NCBI RefSeq assembly: GCF_964355755.1 | Contig: NC_092674.1 | Coordinates: 24,118,001-24,182,000 of the forward strand | DNA length: 64,000 bases | Direction: 5' to 3' | Origin: Antedon mediterranea | Lineage: Eukaryota > Animalia > Echinodermata | The notes under the pieces: model-generated | What the model was told of the DNA's origin: nothing | The model's database searches: none | The model's input: only the letters and a program-made list of their open reading frames with translations | Made by a program: the position numbers and the translations under genes | Shown: piece after piece, positions 12,750-26,600 of the stretch | Position numbering within the stretch: the first letter of the stretch is position 1 | Layout: each line of letters begins with the position of its first letter

Positions 12750-14602
12750 AAACGTTGATCACCATTCCAGGGGTGTCATCTCTATAAACAAATACCCAGG
12801 GTCGGGCCAATTAATTGCGCCCGCGTAACGTGCATACGAGGAGGGCGTAATTCATTTTCGAAGTTGCGCACATGGCGCATCTACTGTACTCACGAGAGTA
12901 CGACACGTACACGGTGTGGTGTAGGAAAATGCTCTTTGTTTTTTTGTAGACGTGCTTTGGCGGGCTATTGAATAGTGTTTTATTTTTGAATGGAATTTTG
13001 ACATGTGCATGATGTGGTAGCCGATTGTCTACGCTGTTTTTACATCAATTATTTATCTTATGAAATAGGTACGTCGTATTTGAAACCATTCAAATTGGAA
13101 GCATAATTAATGGCATAGATACCTGGCCTAGCCTACTAATACTATACTAGGCTACGCCTAGCTCATAGGCTATATTATAAATTATGTAGTATATTAGGCC
13201 AGGCCAGGCCTAGTTTTAGCTTGAATAAAATAAAATGAAATATTCATCGTTGTGTGTTTGGTGCTTCAACAATAAAATCAGTACCATGCAACAAGTAGAG
13301 TAGGCTCTAGATTTCGGCCTCCTAGCAATAGAGAGGAATTCTTTTTGTAGGCCCTGCTGTAGTAGTAGGTTAGTATTAGTAACTTTGTAGCCTATATTAA
13401 TTATAATTAGGTATTGGTTGAAACAACAGAGTTTATCGTATCGGAGGATAAATCAGACTAGTATTAAAAAGGAAAAAGGTTAAATTATTTAGGCCGTATA
13501 TTTATAAAGGCTAGGTTTAGAATAAATAACAGCTACCGCTGGGCTTTAAACTAATGCGTGCGGCCGATTTCGTTGTTTCGTTTCGTTCGTTTATAAATTA
13601 ATCAATATTTCAAATACAATCAAATACAATGTCATTTTCCTACCCAATCATAAATTATTATTTTATTTAGGCTAGTGGTAGGCTATTCTCCATCTATAAT
13701 AACTTAGCCTATATGTCGCTCATCATTTATCGATTCATCTGCCGCCTATACTTATTATTATTATTAATCCATCAATAATCGAACAATGGATTGATCACTC
13801 TCTCATAAATCATTTATTACGTCACCAGGGACCCTATGATGGCGGTGATACGGCTCCTCATCATAGCAATGATATATTTTGATATTCATCTTCAATTTGG
13901 AACACTAGTGCATTTGAGGACGCAGAGTTTAAATAAATATATAATAAAGGCATCTATTAGTATTAGTATTACCTACCTGAATCCTAAATAATATTAATTC
14001 AAATTTCATTTTTTTTTCAATCGGTTTCTTTTGTTTACTTTGTTTTTTTGTTTTTTTATTAAATTGTACCTTTTATTTTATTTTTGGCAGCCCTCCACAA
14101 GTTTTCGCTTTCTGGGTTTCGCCGCGCTCTTATTTATAATTGTTTTATCCCAAACTCTGTACTGTACATAGAAAAGAAAAGAGAAATAGGGCCTAAATGT
14201 TCTGAAATGAAAAAAAATGTTCTGAAAAAAAAATATTTTCAAGTTGTAGACGAGAACTAAAATTCATTCATTCTGCACTTTCAATTTTTATAACATAATT
14301 ATTAATATCAATCTATTATTATAGACCTTGTCCTATTAAGGTTGTACTACAATACACAGGCGTCCAAATTTGCAGACTCGCGCCCTCAATATAAGTAGCA
14401 CAGTTAATCCATAACACGACCTGGAGGGGTCTAGTTACGGTAATAAAATACGTCGTCAATGTTTTAAGATCTCTCTTGTTGTCCGAGTTCTGTTTGCCGT
14501 CGTGCCTCATCTTACCTGTTGTTGAGGTGAAATCCCATATTCTGTTCTTTTAAAATGTTATTTTTTCATCAATTTTAACTAAGCAACCAAGAAAGCAGAA
14601 TA

Positions 14603-17600
14603 ATGGAGGTAAGTTTGCAATTTTGATACATATTTTAATGAATCTGTAATTATTTTTATGCCTAGATTACATATAAAACGATTTGCAAGCAAGTTATCTA
14701 TCTGAGCTACTAAACCTAGTTGCCAGCCAGGGCAGTCTTGTATTTTATGAACATTTTTTTATGTTTCTGTTTGAAATGGACCAATAAAAACTATTGCATT
14801 TTATTCATTTGATATGTATTTAATATTCACATATATATATAATAATATATATTTATTTGTATTTGATTTATTGCCATTTTATTCATGAATTTTGTTTAAT
14901 CCCTAACTAAATGCTCTTTTATTTTTTCGTTATTTAGTGTTAAGCTCTGTCTACACATTTGAACATGTGACAAAAAAGAAATGCCCATATAGACATGATG
15001 ATGTCATATCACTACACTACCATATTTAAGCATATCACACTGTTTTTGTCAAACTTGTTTGATAATGTAGACAAAGCAATTACCCATCTTTGATAGTTGG
15101 TTGCATGACTTATACGTGCTTAAACGTATTCAAATATTTCTCATCTAGTAAATAACAAAAAAAAAAAAAAAAAAAAATTGTTGTCATCTGGTAATACTTT
15201 GACGTGTGCAATGAAACGAAGAGACCTTATGGCGAACGTTTGATTTGTTGGCCAATCAATAAACCACCCAAGTACTGCATCGTTATTCTTTACTCTTTTT
15301 TATTCTGAAACTGAATATTTTATAAATATCTCCAGGTTTCTAAATTTGAGAACTTACGGATGGGTTGAAAATGGATGGACGCTTGATTCAAAAATATAAA
15401 ATAACATTGTTATTCTAGGCCCAGTAAAAACCAATTGACTTTGGTAATAATTGGTTTACCGTCTGTTTTTACCCCGTGGGTATGAACGTACGTTAACCCT
15501 TGCTCAAGGCTGAACTCATAATATTATATGAACATTGTATGTTTTTGACATTATAAAGAGCCCCACACAGATTTTCCCGAATATATAATACGTCAACATT
15601 TTCGTGTTGAATTATCCTTTCGTTGTCTTTAACCATACCTTAGTGACGACTCTCCTCAAGCCATGTATTTATCCTATAAACATTCAGTGAGTTGTAGATT
15701 ATTTGTAGCTGAGAAAGCGCTACTTCAGTCAGTTCGATACAACGGGAGTCGCTACTCCCTGGTTACCATCCATCCTTTATCTAATGAAATCTCCAAAGAT
15801 ATAAACTATAAACACGATTAGTGGAATAGTTTTGGCAAATCTTTTTGAATGTAGGGCGCCTATGTAATATAGTGAATTATCAAATATATCAAAATAGTCC
15901 GAGGACTCAACTCCCATTGGGACTAATGTTTTCTCTATTTCACTATTCATATCGACAAAAATCAACTCCAAGTTGGCGCCTGGAAAATTCTTAACATTCT
16001 ACTATTTTAAACGCTTCATTTACAACCCTAGGGCTGCAAAATAGCTCTATTGTGCGCGGTAATAAACGCTGCACAGCTAGAAAATAAAGAGAGAATACGA
16101 TGTTTTCCCATAGGAAATCAAACTGGTTGTATGGGTATATTTCCGAGGTCATCCAATTGAAAGTGGAATGGAGCTCAGCTATATACCTGTTTTAACACCT
16201 GTCGTAAACATGTTGTGCCAAGAATAATGAAGTCAATAATTTGCGTCTCGTAATCCAATTGTATTTCAGTTAACAGGTTGTCAAGAGAAAATGAATGGAT
16301 AATTTAATTCATTCAGATAAATATATAACTGCTACACTGTTAAATATTAACGATATCAAGTTACTCGCAGCATTAATGTTCAGCCTAGAAATGTAGTTTT
16401 TTTTTTCGATGGAGCCTACCCATACAGGCCCGTATGCATGGAACATAATAATAATATTATTTAGGAGGTGTTGTTGTTAATGTAGGCCTATATCATTATT
16501 ATCAGCAACCTTTACTTTCACATCGAAACGGCCGAGTTTCCGATTCCTGCGTTCTAAGCGGCGCCTATTTGATTTATAGCCGATTTAGAAAAAGGGAAAA
16601 CGTCATTTATAATAATATATTTTGAACATCACTCACCGGGCCCCACACCCACATAATAAACATTGTATGGAATTAGTATTTTGTTGTTTCGGGTTTATGA
16701 AATAATTTTTAATTAATATACAATATTATGGAAGTTTTTGAAGGCCTCAATTTTACTTTGTTCTTATTCTCATTCTTTATTGCCAATCAAAACAACAAAC
16801 AACAAACAAACAAACTACAAAGTAAGTGGCAGGAAACACGAAAGGGAACTGCATCCCTTTGACAAGAGCCTGTGAATCCTCTTACATAAATATTATTTCA
16901 ACTTTGCTGCGTGTTTCTTATTCTACATTATAGTACAGTATTAGCTAGTCTTGATGGTAGGCTAAAATGCCCTGTTTGCCTGTGGAATGCGAGTGATAGG
17001 TGTGTTGTATTTGGAACACAAGATGTATTTTGTTTCATAAGGTCTTTCAAGTTAGTGATAGGTACGCGCATCTGTCTATTTTTGTTGTCAGATGTATGTC
17101 AGTATGGATTGAAATTTGGTTTTGATAATATTCTTAACCACGTACGTCGTGTTAGGATTCTTAGATTTAACGTTGCTTTTTCAGAGTAATACTGTTAATA
17201 TGGAAGCTTCAAACAAGCAGCAAAATAACAGGGGAATGAACGGAACCAAACTACATAGCAAAGATGCAAAATTGTCGTCGGAAAGTGTACCTCTGAAGAG
17301 AACATCGGTGGTAGAAATTGTGGCGGTAACGACGCCGGATGAAAACGACGCTCGCGGTACTTGGAGCGGCAAACTGGACTTTATTCTCTCCTGTATAAGT
17401 TACGCCGTGGGACTCGGCAACGTTTGGCGGTTTCCATTTTTGTGTTACGAGAATGGAGGAGGTATGTATTGTGCGATCATTTTTGGTTTAATCGATTCGG
17501 TTTCGAAAAATCAATACAAAGCCAAAAGGCCCATTTACACTAGGACGATAAATAGATAAGTAGGGTCTGTTTCTGCTGCATAGCGTCGAATAAACCGTTT

Positions 17601-20600
17601 ATTTCCGAATAATTATATCGATGGATCACATCGCTAAATGTTTGCTTTATTGCATGCATTTTTCTTACATGAAATAAAGGAAAGAAAGGTATAAGAGAAT
17701 CATTTATGCCGTCTTTGATAAGAATAATATTTTTTTAAACCCAATCAAATGACGTAATGATGAATTAAAACAATAAAGTCCTTGTATTTTCACGATATTA
17801 TTGCTCTTATCAATCATGACGTCATTTGATTGGACGTGTGAAAATATAATTTTCATAAAAGCATAGATGGCCCTATCCTATAGTTATAGGATGGAATCTT
17901 GTTTGTCTTATGTATAGAAAATGCATATTTATCTATTTATCGTCGATCGTTATCGTCCTAGTGTAAATGGGCCTTTTGCCCAAACAATGATAAGTAGTAC
18001 TTTCTAATGTTCAAACATTTTATACAGTAAACCGTCTCCTTTAAGGGATACCCAATATAAGTCTTAAGACTAAAGAGGAGAGTTTCCCGTGTGAAACGAA
18101 CGAGTAGCCAATAAAGGGACATTTTGTTGGGTCCCAAAGTGTACCCTAATTTTTTTTTTCTTTTATTACTAAAACATATTCATTTCATAATATTCATAAT
18201 TTAACATATACGGTAGGTACATCTCTTTAAATGTTATTGTTAAGTTATTACGCATTCACTTAATAATAATATTCTATCATATTTATTTCTTAACATATTC
18301 ATTTTAGCATACATTTCTTAACACAATTCGTATTTTAGCATATTCATTTTAGCATACACCCTAAGTTAATGTGTTCTCACACAATGCCATCTCCAAGTCC
18401 ACCGTCTCTCTCAGTTCATCTCCCCAATCAACCATCGCAGTGTTCTTATCCATTCTCTTTATTTAATAATAGTATATGCCTATATTCATTTTATCAAAGA
18501 ATGTTTACCGTATCGTGCGTTTTGTTGTTAGGTGCATTTCTTATTCCATACGTGATCATACTCTGCCTTGCTGGCTTGCCATTGTTCTTCCTGGAGTTAA
18601 GTATTGGTCAGTTTGCTAGTGTTGGCTGTGTCAATGTATGGCGAATCTGTCCTCTTTTCAAAGGTAAGAAGTTACATCCATACGATACGTACGTTTTTCT
18701 GATTCAAATGTATAATTCTATATCACAAAAAAACCCGAAAATGATTGCTTTAAGCGGATTATGGATTCGGGAAATGTGTGGTGTGAAGGGAGCGATACAA
18801 TATGGTCGCTTTAGGCCTAGCGAACTAAAATTCTAGGGCAATACACAATGTTTTGCATCCACTTGAAAACAACAATATTGGAAATAAGGTATCTCATGCT
18901 ATGGTAGAATAAAACACCTCCTGTTTGGACACCGAGTTTGTTGTAAAACGAACCAAGGAAAATGTAGGCTATAGCATATTATATTTTAACACTACACGGC
19001 CAACTAAAGCTCTGTCTACACTATCAAACTTGATGTGATGTGCGTGCCCATATATGGACATGATGATGTCATATCACTACTATATTTGTGCATATCACTA
19101 CCATATTTGTGCATATCACCATTTTGTGTCACATCAAGTTTGATAGTGTATAGCTTAATATTCAAAGCACACCCATATATAATAAAGGGCACAGTTCCTT
19201 TGGTCCATGAAGTGTCTTATTATGGATCTATTTTAATGAAAAGAGACACAAACGGTGAAGAAAACAGACACAACGGCGAAGAAAACAAAGATAAGCGTTA
19301 AGAAGATGACAGACGATGACAGTGGAAGAATCTCAGTTGAACCGTGTGTGTAATTATTACGCTAATGAGTTCATTAATTTGACAGTTCCAATCTATGTAT
19401 TTGTGAACACTCGTCGTTGTTTGCTTCAATAAACAATCGATAACATTAACGCGATAAAACGTTTTTTTGTTCTTAAATTTCTGTTGTTTCGGTCAAGATA
19501 GAATACGGATTTATTTTATCTGTTTGCATAAATAAGAAAGAGTTACATTGTACGATTGAACTGTCTGTTTCCTGCAATACTGCACCTGATAACAGGATTG
19601 GCTTAAGTTTGAACCGGAATTAGATTTTTTGATTGGATATGAAATTTTTATCTTGCTAACATCCAAGCATCATCACCTAGTTAAAAGGTGAAATGTATGT
19701 TAGTATGTATAAGGGGTAAACCGGGAAAAATAACAAGGAATCGCAGCCGTTGTTTGTATAGCAACCTCAACAGGACTTGAGGAGAAAATCTCTTCAAAGG
19801 AGCTAGGTCTTGTATAATTTATTCATTAGCCTACTTCATTTGTCGTTGTCGTCTTCCAGCTCTCGAAGTCGAATGCGCATGTATGCGATTAGTCAGGGTT
19901 TCAGACGGAGTTTTGACTTAATATTAATAAATAGATAAATATTTTGGCACATATGGCGTTTCATACGTATACTACTTGAGCTTGTAAACTCCAAACAAAA
20001 ATCGAAAAGCTTCGAACTAACTACAGACTGGGGCAAGTCTAGTATAGACATATAATCGACCAAAGTGGGTCCGAAAAAATAACCAAAATAACAAAAATAA
20101 CCAAAATCGATCTGTGAGTACCTCTATATGACGTCATAAGTTCTAGGCCATAGAGCGTCGCAAAATCCAAAGCGCTCTCTACGTACGGGTTTCCTAAATT
20201 ATTTACAAAACGTAGTTACAGTAGAATAATGTTGATGATGATCCTTAACATTGATACTTTCTCTTCAGGAATGGGTTACGGCATGTTAGTGATGTCCATG
20301 TTCTGTTGTATTTACTACAATGTTATCATAGCATATACTCTACACTACCTCTATTTCTCCTTTACGCGTGTCCTTCCGTGGGCTGATTGCACGCACAACT
20401 GGAATACGTATAACTGCGTAGACTCAAGACATAACGTAACTAATTTCACGTCGGGTCATTCTCGACCAAGCCAAGAATACTTTGAGTAAGTAGGCATACT
20501 GTTTTATTGTCTGGTTTCCCGCGTTTCGTTTGTGTCAAAATGAACGTCTGTAGTGGAACCCTTCTATTGGGAAACTCCTCAGTGAATACACATGAAAAAT

Positions 20601-23600
20601 TCAGTGAAAATGAACAAAGGGCATTGTTTGACAGGATACATCCCTAATTCCTACGTAAGCGCAACGATTTGACCAATCACACGCGTTGTTGCCTCTACTT
20701 CCTTGCGTTACGTCTCTAATGAGCTTAATGTTTGATTTCCACTAGAGGCTCAACGCAAGGATGTAAAGATGGATCGTCTGAACTGTCTCTTGTGATTGGT
20801 CAACTCACTTCCGTTGCGCCTTTTTTAATCAAGGGGGCTTGCATGTTTTCTTGTAGAAACACTATAGCCTTTATTAAGCTTGGTCCCCATTAGGACGCAA
20901 CGCTATTACGTAAGCCGCAACACAAGCGAATGACTAATCACAACCGATGGTTACGGTTCAACTGTCGCTTGTGATTGGTCAATTCGCTTGCATTGCGGCG
21001 TCTAGTGGGAACCAAGCTTTGAAATGCCGTGTTGATCGAAAGCATTATTTTTCTTTTATATTCACATAGGCATATCACTAGGGATTTTCTAAATAGGTCG
21101 CCTACTTTCGTTGATTTGAAAGCATCTAGGCCTATTCACGATAATATTTTTCAGTAATCGTGTATTGGGCATAAGTGATGGCATTGGGGAAATCGGCGAA
21201 ATACGATGGGAACTGGCCATCTGCCTGGTCCTGGCCTGGACAATCGTCTTTCTTAGCCTGGCTAAAGGCATCAAGACATCAGGAAAGGTAAGCAGTCCTA
21301 ACGTAATTTCATTGACTATCTTGGTGGTAGAAAATGTAGTGATTTATAGTGTTATAAAGTCATGTTTACGTTCTGGTATTTGCAGGAAATAGCTGTGACT
21401 AATGTCAAGGGTCAATATCATGTCTACAACTGTATTCGCCAAATGACCTATATTTAATTTACGTACTCCAATCCAATGTCTCTTGAAGTTTGGGACATGC
21501 GCAATTGTCTTTGTGTTTCTTTGTTTTGGAATTTTAAGAAAGGTCCTTTGTTTGTTTTTGGTTCCGTAAATGATGCAATTTTATGAGTAGATTACTCCGA
21601 CAAGAACACAGGCTATTTGGTATTTATTAAAATAATAATAAATTTAATTGATTAAAAAATATTGTCCAATACATGTGGACAGTTTGATTTTAATATAGAC
21701 GTGCTATATTGAAAATGGTATCCTCCCTGAATGAAAATGAAATCGGCCCGATATGATTATTTCTTTTGTTCTATTTTTGCAATAGGCCTACATGAATGTT
21801 TTATGTCTTACTAAAAAGAATGTATATGTAAAACTATGAATAGACAGACATACAGTGAACCATGATAGTTGTACTACTGCAGTAATAGAATAAAGTTGGT
21901 AGATTATAAGGCCTTTTTATTTAAACTGAAATAATAAGTTTGATTATGATTTTAGACATGTAGTATATAATTTCATTTTTTTTAAAGCAGGTATGCAGAA
22001 ATCACAATCATCAAGTTTGTTTTGACAAGGCTTGTATCCTCCTATGCTAACCCCAATATTTGTTTATTTATCCAGGTCAATATTTGTTTATTTATCCAGG
22101 TCAATCTGTAATAAATGCGCGCGAGAGCTAATTTATGCAGCTGACTAAAAACACAGACTCAAGTAAAATGCAATCAAGGCAACATTTTGTCGGTCGGTCG
22201 TAACATCCGAGTCGCAGCCCTTAAGTGTACACAATATAAATATTTACATACTGTAATGAAATTATGGACACTAGGGTATTGACCAATAAGCAGTGATGTA
22301 GCCATAGTTACTTGGGTCATTTGATACCCATTACATGGTAGGGTCAAGATGTAGAGAAGGTTACGTCATAAGATGACGCAACGCATTTGATCGATGTATT
22401 TGGGGTCATCATCGTTACTAAAGCTTGGTTCCCACTAGAACGTAACGCAAGGACGTAAACGCAACGCAAGCGTTTTAACCAACGACAAGCGAAGTTATAA
22501 TAGACAGTTAGCAATCACAAGCGATTAAGCCATCGCTTGTGATTGGTCAATTCACTTGCGTTGCGTTTACGTCCTTGCGTTACGTTCTAGTGGGAACCAA
22601 GCTTTAAGTAGACACTTAACGACGTGCACTTCTACATTATAAGATAATTCAAAAGTTTTATGCAAACTTAGAGAATAGAGCCTCAAGCGACCCGCATTAT
22701 GCAAAAATCAAATGGCTGTTCCCAAAAACGTTTACGAGTGTTTGAGCAAATTTGGTAATGCGTTCATGTTTTGAAGTGTAACGACCTCAAAGCGTACGGG
22801 TCTGAGAGTAGGTACGTACCTCTACTAGATGACCTCAAAGCGTGTCTGAGAGTAGGTACTGTACCTCCACTAGATTACCTCAAAGCGAAAACGTGCGAAA
22901 GTTGTTCTTAAAATTACGTACTTGGCTCAAATTGATTTTATGATCTGAACATTTTTTTGAGGTTGAAAGTTGGAATGAAATCAGACAGGAATAGGCCCTA
23001 ATGGAGAGTATAAAGCTACGTTCCCATTGGTGTCCGGAAAAGAAAACTCAGGGCTACATTAAGTTTTTTCGGACGCTATGTGCACCCGCGTAGTCGTACG
23101 TTTTCTACGGAAATCGAAATGAGTTTCTGTTCATACTAACACATATAACGAATTCGGGATCAGTTTAGACGTAGATTACTGAAAGAGACTTTTTTCACTA
23201 TCGGAGATTCCTCATCCCTACCGTTTACACGACAGTTTTGTTTGTACATAATCTATTTTTGTTGTGCAGGTTGTGTATCTGACGGCAACGTTCCCGTACC
23301 TCGTGTTGTTATCGCTTTTCATTCGAGGGATGACTTTACCTGGAGCCATAGATGGAGTGAAGTTTTATATCAAACCAGAATGGTCTAAACTTAAAACTTC
23401 AAAGGTTAGTTTAAATGCCACAACAGATTAATTACGTTACTGATCAGCCAATCAGCACCGAGAATTAATATTCTGTAGTAATATCTCGAATGCTTCTGAT
23501 ACAACAGCTCTATTTTTACATAGCCAGATTCCAAGCTAGCCCTACCTATCTAAGACTCAACACGCCACGGGCCACAATACGTTGAAATATTGGGGGTGAA

Positions 23601-26600
23601 TGAGGGTGTTTTTCAGTACGGTAACCATACTACGCGTCGCAATGCAATAGAAATAAAATCGTCATTTATTGTAGTATTGTGAATCATACCTAGTTATATT
23701 TGGCGTACTGTAAGGCAATCTTTTCCCCAACAGTGCACTAAAAATGTAAGCAGTCACATAATAACCTCCACTCGCCTCCCTAGGTTGCAACAACTACATT
23801 TTTTCAAGAACCAATAACCTCTGGCCTACATAATGATATTGACCGAATTTCAATCCGTGCTGTGTTTCTGTATTTATTGTGTGATTTAATGTTACGTATC
23901 ATGGGACTGCATTTCCATGTTTTTACAGTATATGTTTGAAAACAATATGCTACACACAAAACAACATCCCAAAAGCAATAACTAACGCTGTCAAATGTGT
24001 TCATATTTTATGTAACGTATACCTGAAGGAATAAACCAAAAATGGTTTTTATTTTCCCATGAAGAGGCTTTGGCTACAAATGAGCTCGTGGTATAAAACG
24101 AACGAGGAGTATTCATTTTTGGATCTTGATTTACATTAATTGCGCAACCTGGACTACTGCGCAAACGTTTGCTCCACTAGACAACTGTTGAACATCCCCA
24201 TATATCAGCGCACACCTTTTAAACTGCAGTAAGTTAATGTTAAACTAGACTTGCTCCAAGTTTGTATTTATTGTATTTTTTATGTTAGTACCAGTCGACA
24301 CTTTGATTTGTTTCGTTTACAAACTCAAGTAGTATACTTATGAAACGCCACATGTGCCAAAATCTTTTTACTAATATTAAGTCAAAATGACTCCGTCTGG
24401 AACCTAGTTTAGTGTGGAGCTTTTGTTGCAAATCACATTAGTTTGCGCAGACGTTACGTGTACTATAAGCGGGAATCAAGGTTTACCAAATAGTACACCG
24501 TATTGTTGTTTTCACTGTGTCAAATGTCAATTATTACTCGAAGTCTACGTTCCAAAACAACCGGAAGATGATCCCTGAATCAATTGGTATTTTTTATCAT
24601 TTTTGCTCTTCAATCATTTTTGTCACTTTTCTTGAGTTATCTTTACAAACATACAGGAAAAGTAGATCACGTGTCACCGTATATAAACACTGCATCCGTC
24701 AAAACGGACCGAAAATGATGCACATCATCCACAAAGTATAATAAAATACATTTGCCGACCTGTACTAATTTAAAGTTTCCCAACTAAAACTTGTCAATCA
24801 CAAAAGGCTTATTTTCATTAATACCATTTGTAGTTGAATAGAAGTCGTGTCGAATTGGTGTGTAGGACTAATGTTGTAAATGTAAATATGTAATGTGAAA
24901 GCCTAGGACAGGTCAAAATAACAATTGAAGTGACGGTAGGCCTAACTATCTCTTGTATGTTAACAACAGTGAAAACTCATGAGGTAGATTTTGCCTGCAC
25001 TTGTGACGTCACATCAATTTACGGCGACGGCTGTACGGCTGAATATTTTGAAATTACTGTATATGTCATCCCTAATACGTTGTTAAAATATGGTTCTCGG
25101 TCAAGTTGTCCTTTAAGGTAATACATACCCTTGTCATCTGATTATGTACCACGCAACATGGTAAAATCCGCTCAAAAAACAAAAAAAACATTGATATTCA
25201 ATAATGGTTTTATTCATTGCCTAAATAGTTTTTTCCAATGAAGCTGTGGGTTTCGACTGAACCGAAATACTGGTATTTGTTTAATTCAAACAAAATTTTA
25301 CTTGTGTTTGTTATATAAAACAAACCGTTGTGTATTCATTCAATAAAACTCATATTAGTTCATCAATATAGGCATACACACTACATTACCACGAATTAAA
25401 GTAGTTTGTTCCGAACGGCTTTCGTAGATAGTTATTATAGTTGTAAGCGGCCATTCTGAAAAAAAGTGCCATAAACAAGTTTCCCATTGGCCAAAACCTT
25501 AGAACCTTTTTTTGTCGTGTTTTAGGTTCATATGAAGGGTTTCCTGCAAAAATCGCTTTGTAAATAATTTTGTTGAGGTTTGGTGCTGATTTTCGTCCCT
25601 AACTAATACACTGGAATGAACATCTGTTGACGAGATGTGCACTGTGCAATTACATCTACCGTTAAGCAAGTCAAGGGCCGCTTAAGCTTCTTATATATAC
25701 TAATCATGTAATTACTTTTCAATGTGATTTATTCTTCTTACACAGGTTTGGCAAGATGCTGCAGTTCAAATATTTTACTCGCTTGGCGCTGGATTTGGTT
25801 GTCTACATACTCTGTCAAGTTATAACAAATGGCATAACAACTGCCACAGGTAGCGTTAAAATACTGGAATGGCACTTAGGTAGAGTGCACGGCCTGCCCT
25901 GGTGGAATATACTCGCTACAAACAAAACCATCCTACCTAAGTTAATTTTGGGTTAAACTGTTCGCACGATCACAACCCTGGAACCGTATATCTTTGATTT
26001 GTTTATTCAATATTCAATAAATAAATATTCAATAAATGTTCTAAAAAAAATACATAAAATAATAATTATATAAATACTTGTGATAATAACCAATAAAAAA
26101 CATAGTATGTGTGGTGGAAGAAAACATATATAAGTTTAAAAACTTTACGCCTAGGCTTCCAGAAAAAAAAAATATAAAAAAGGAAGGGTTGACCTATCCT
26201 ATCCTAGGGGGGATATCCTATACGTATACTGAAACATTAATGATATATTAAATATTAATTGATTTTAAATGTAGTACGGTACTAGGATTTCCAGTGTAGG
26301 CCGCGCCTGGACATCCCGAATATGGCCTTGATTGTACGAATTCCGGTGCGGATCCTGAAGGATTAAGTTTGATCAATCAATACATCGTGAAAAACAATAA
26401 TATGTACATTGCGTTATATGTAGATGATAAGTATAAAATGTTAAGGTTAGGTTTTGAAGAATTCGTCTACTTCAGAAAAGGGTCCGGGTTGTACCGCAAC
26501 ATTCAAAATCATACTTTCTTTTTTTGCTATTGCTAATACTGTTTTATTTGCCTTGCAAACCTCTAAACAATAGTAATAGTAGTGCATACGACATATAGCA

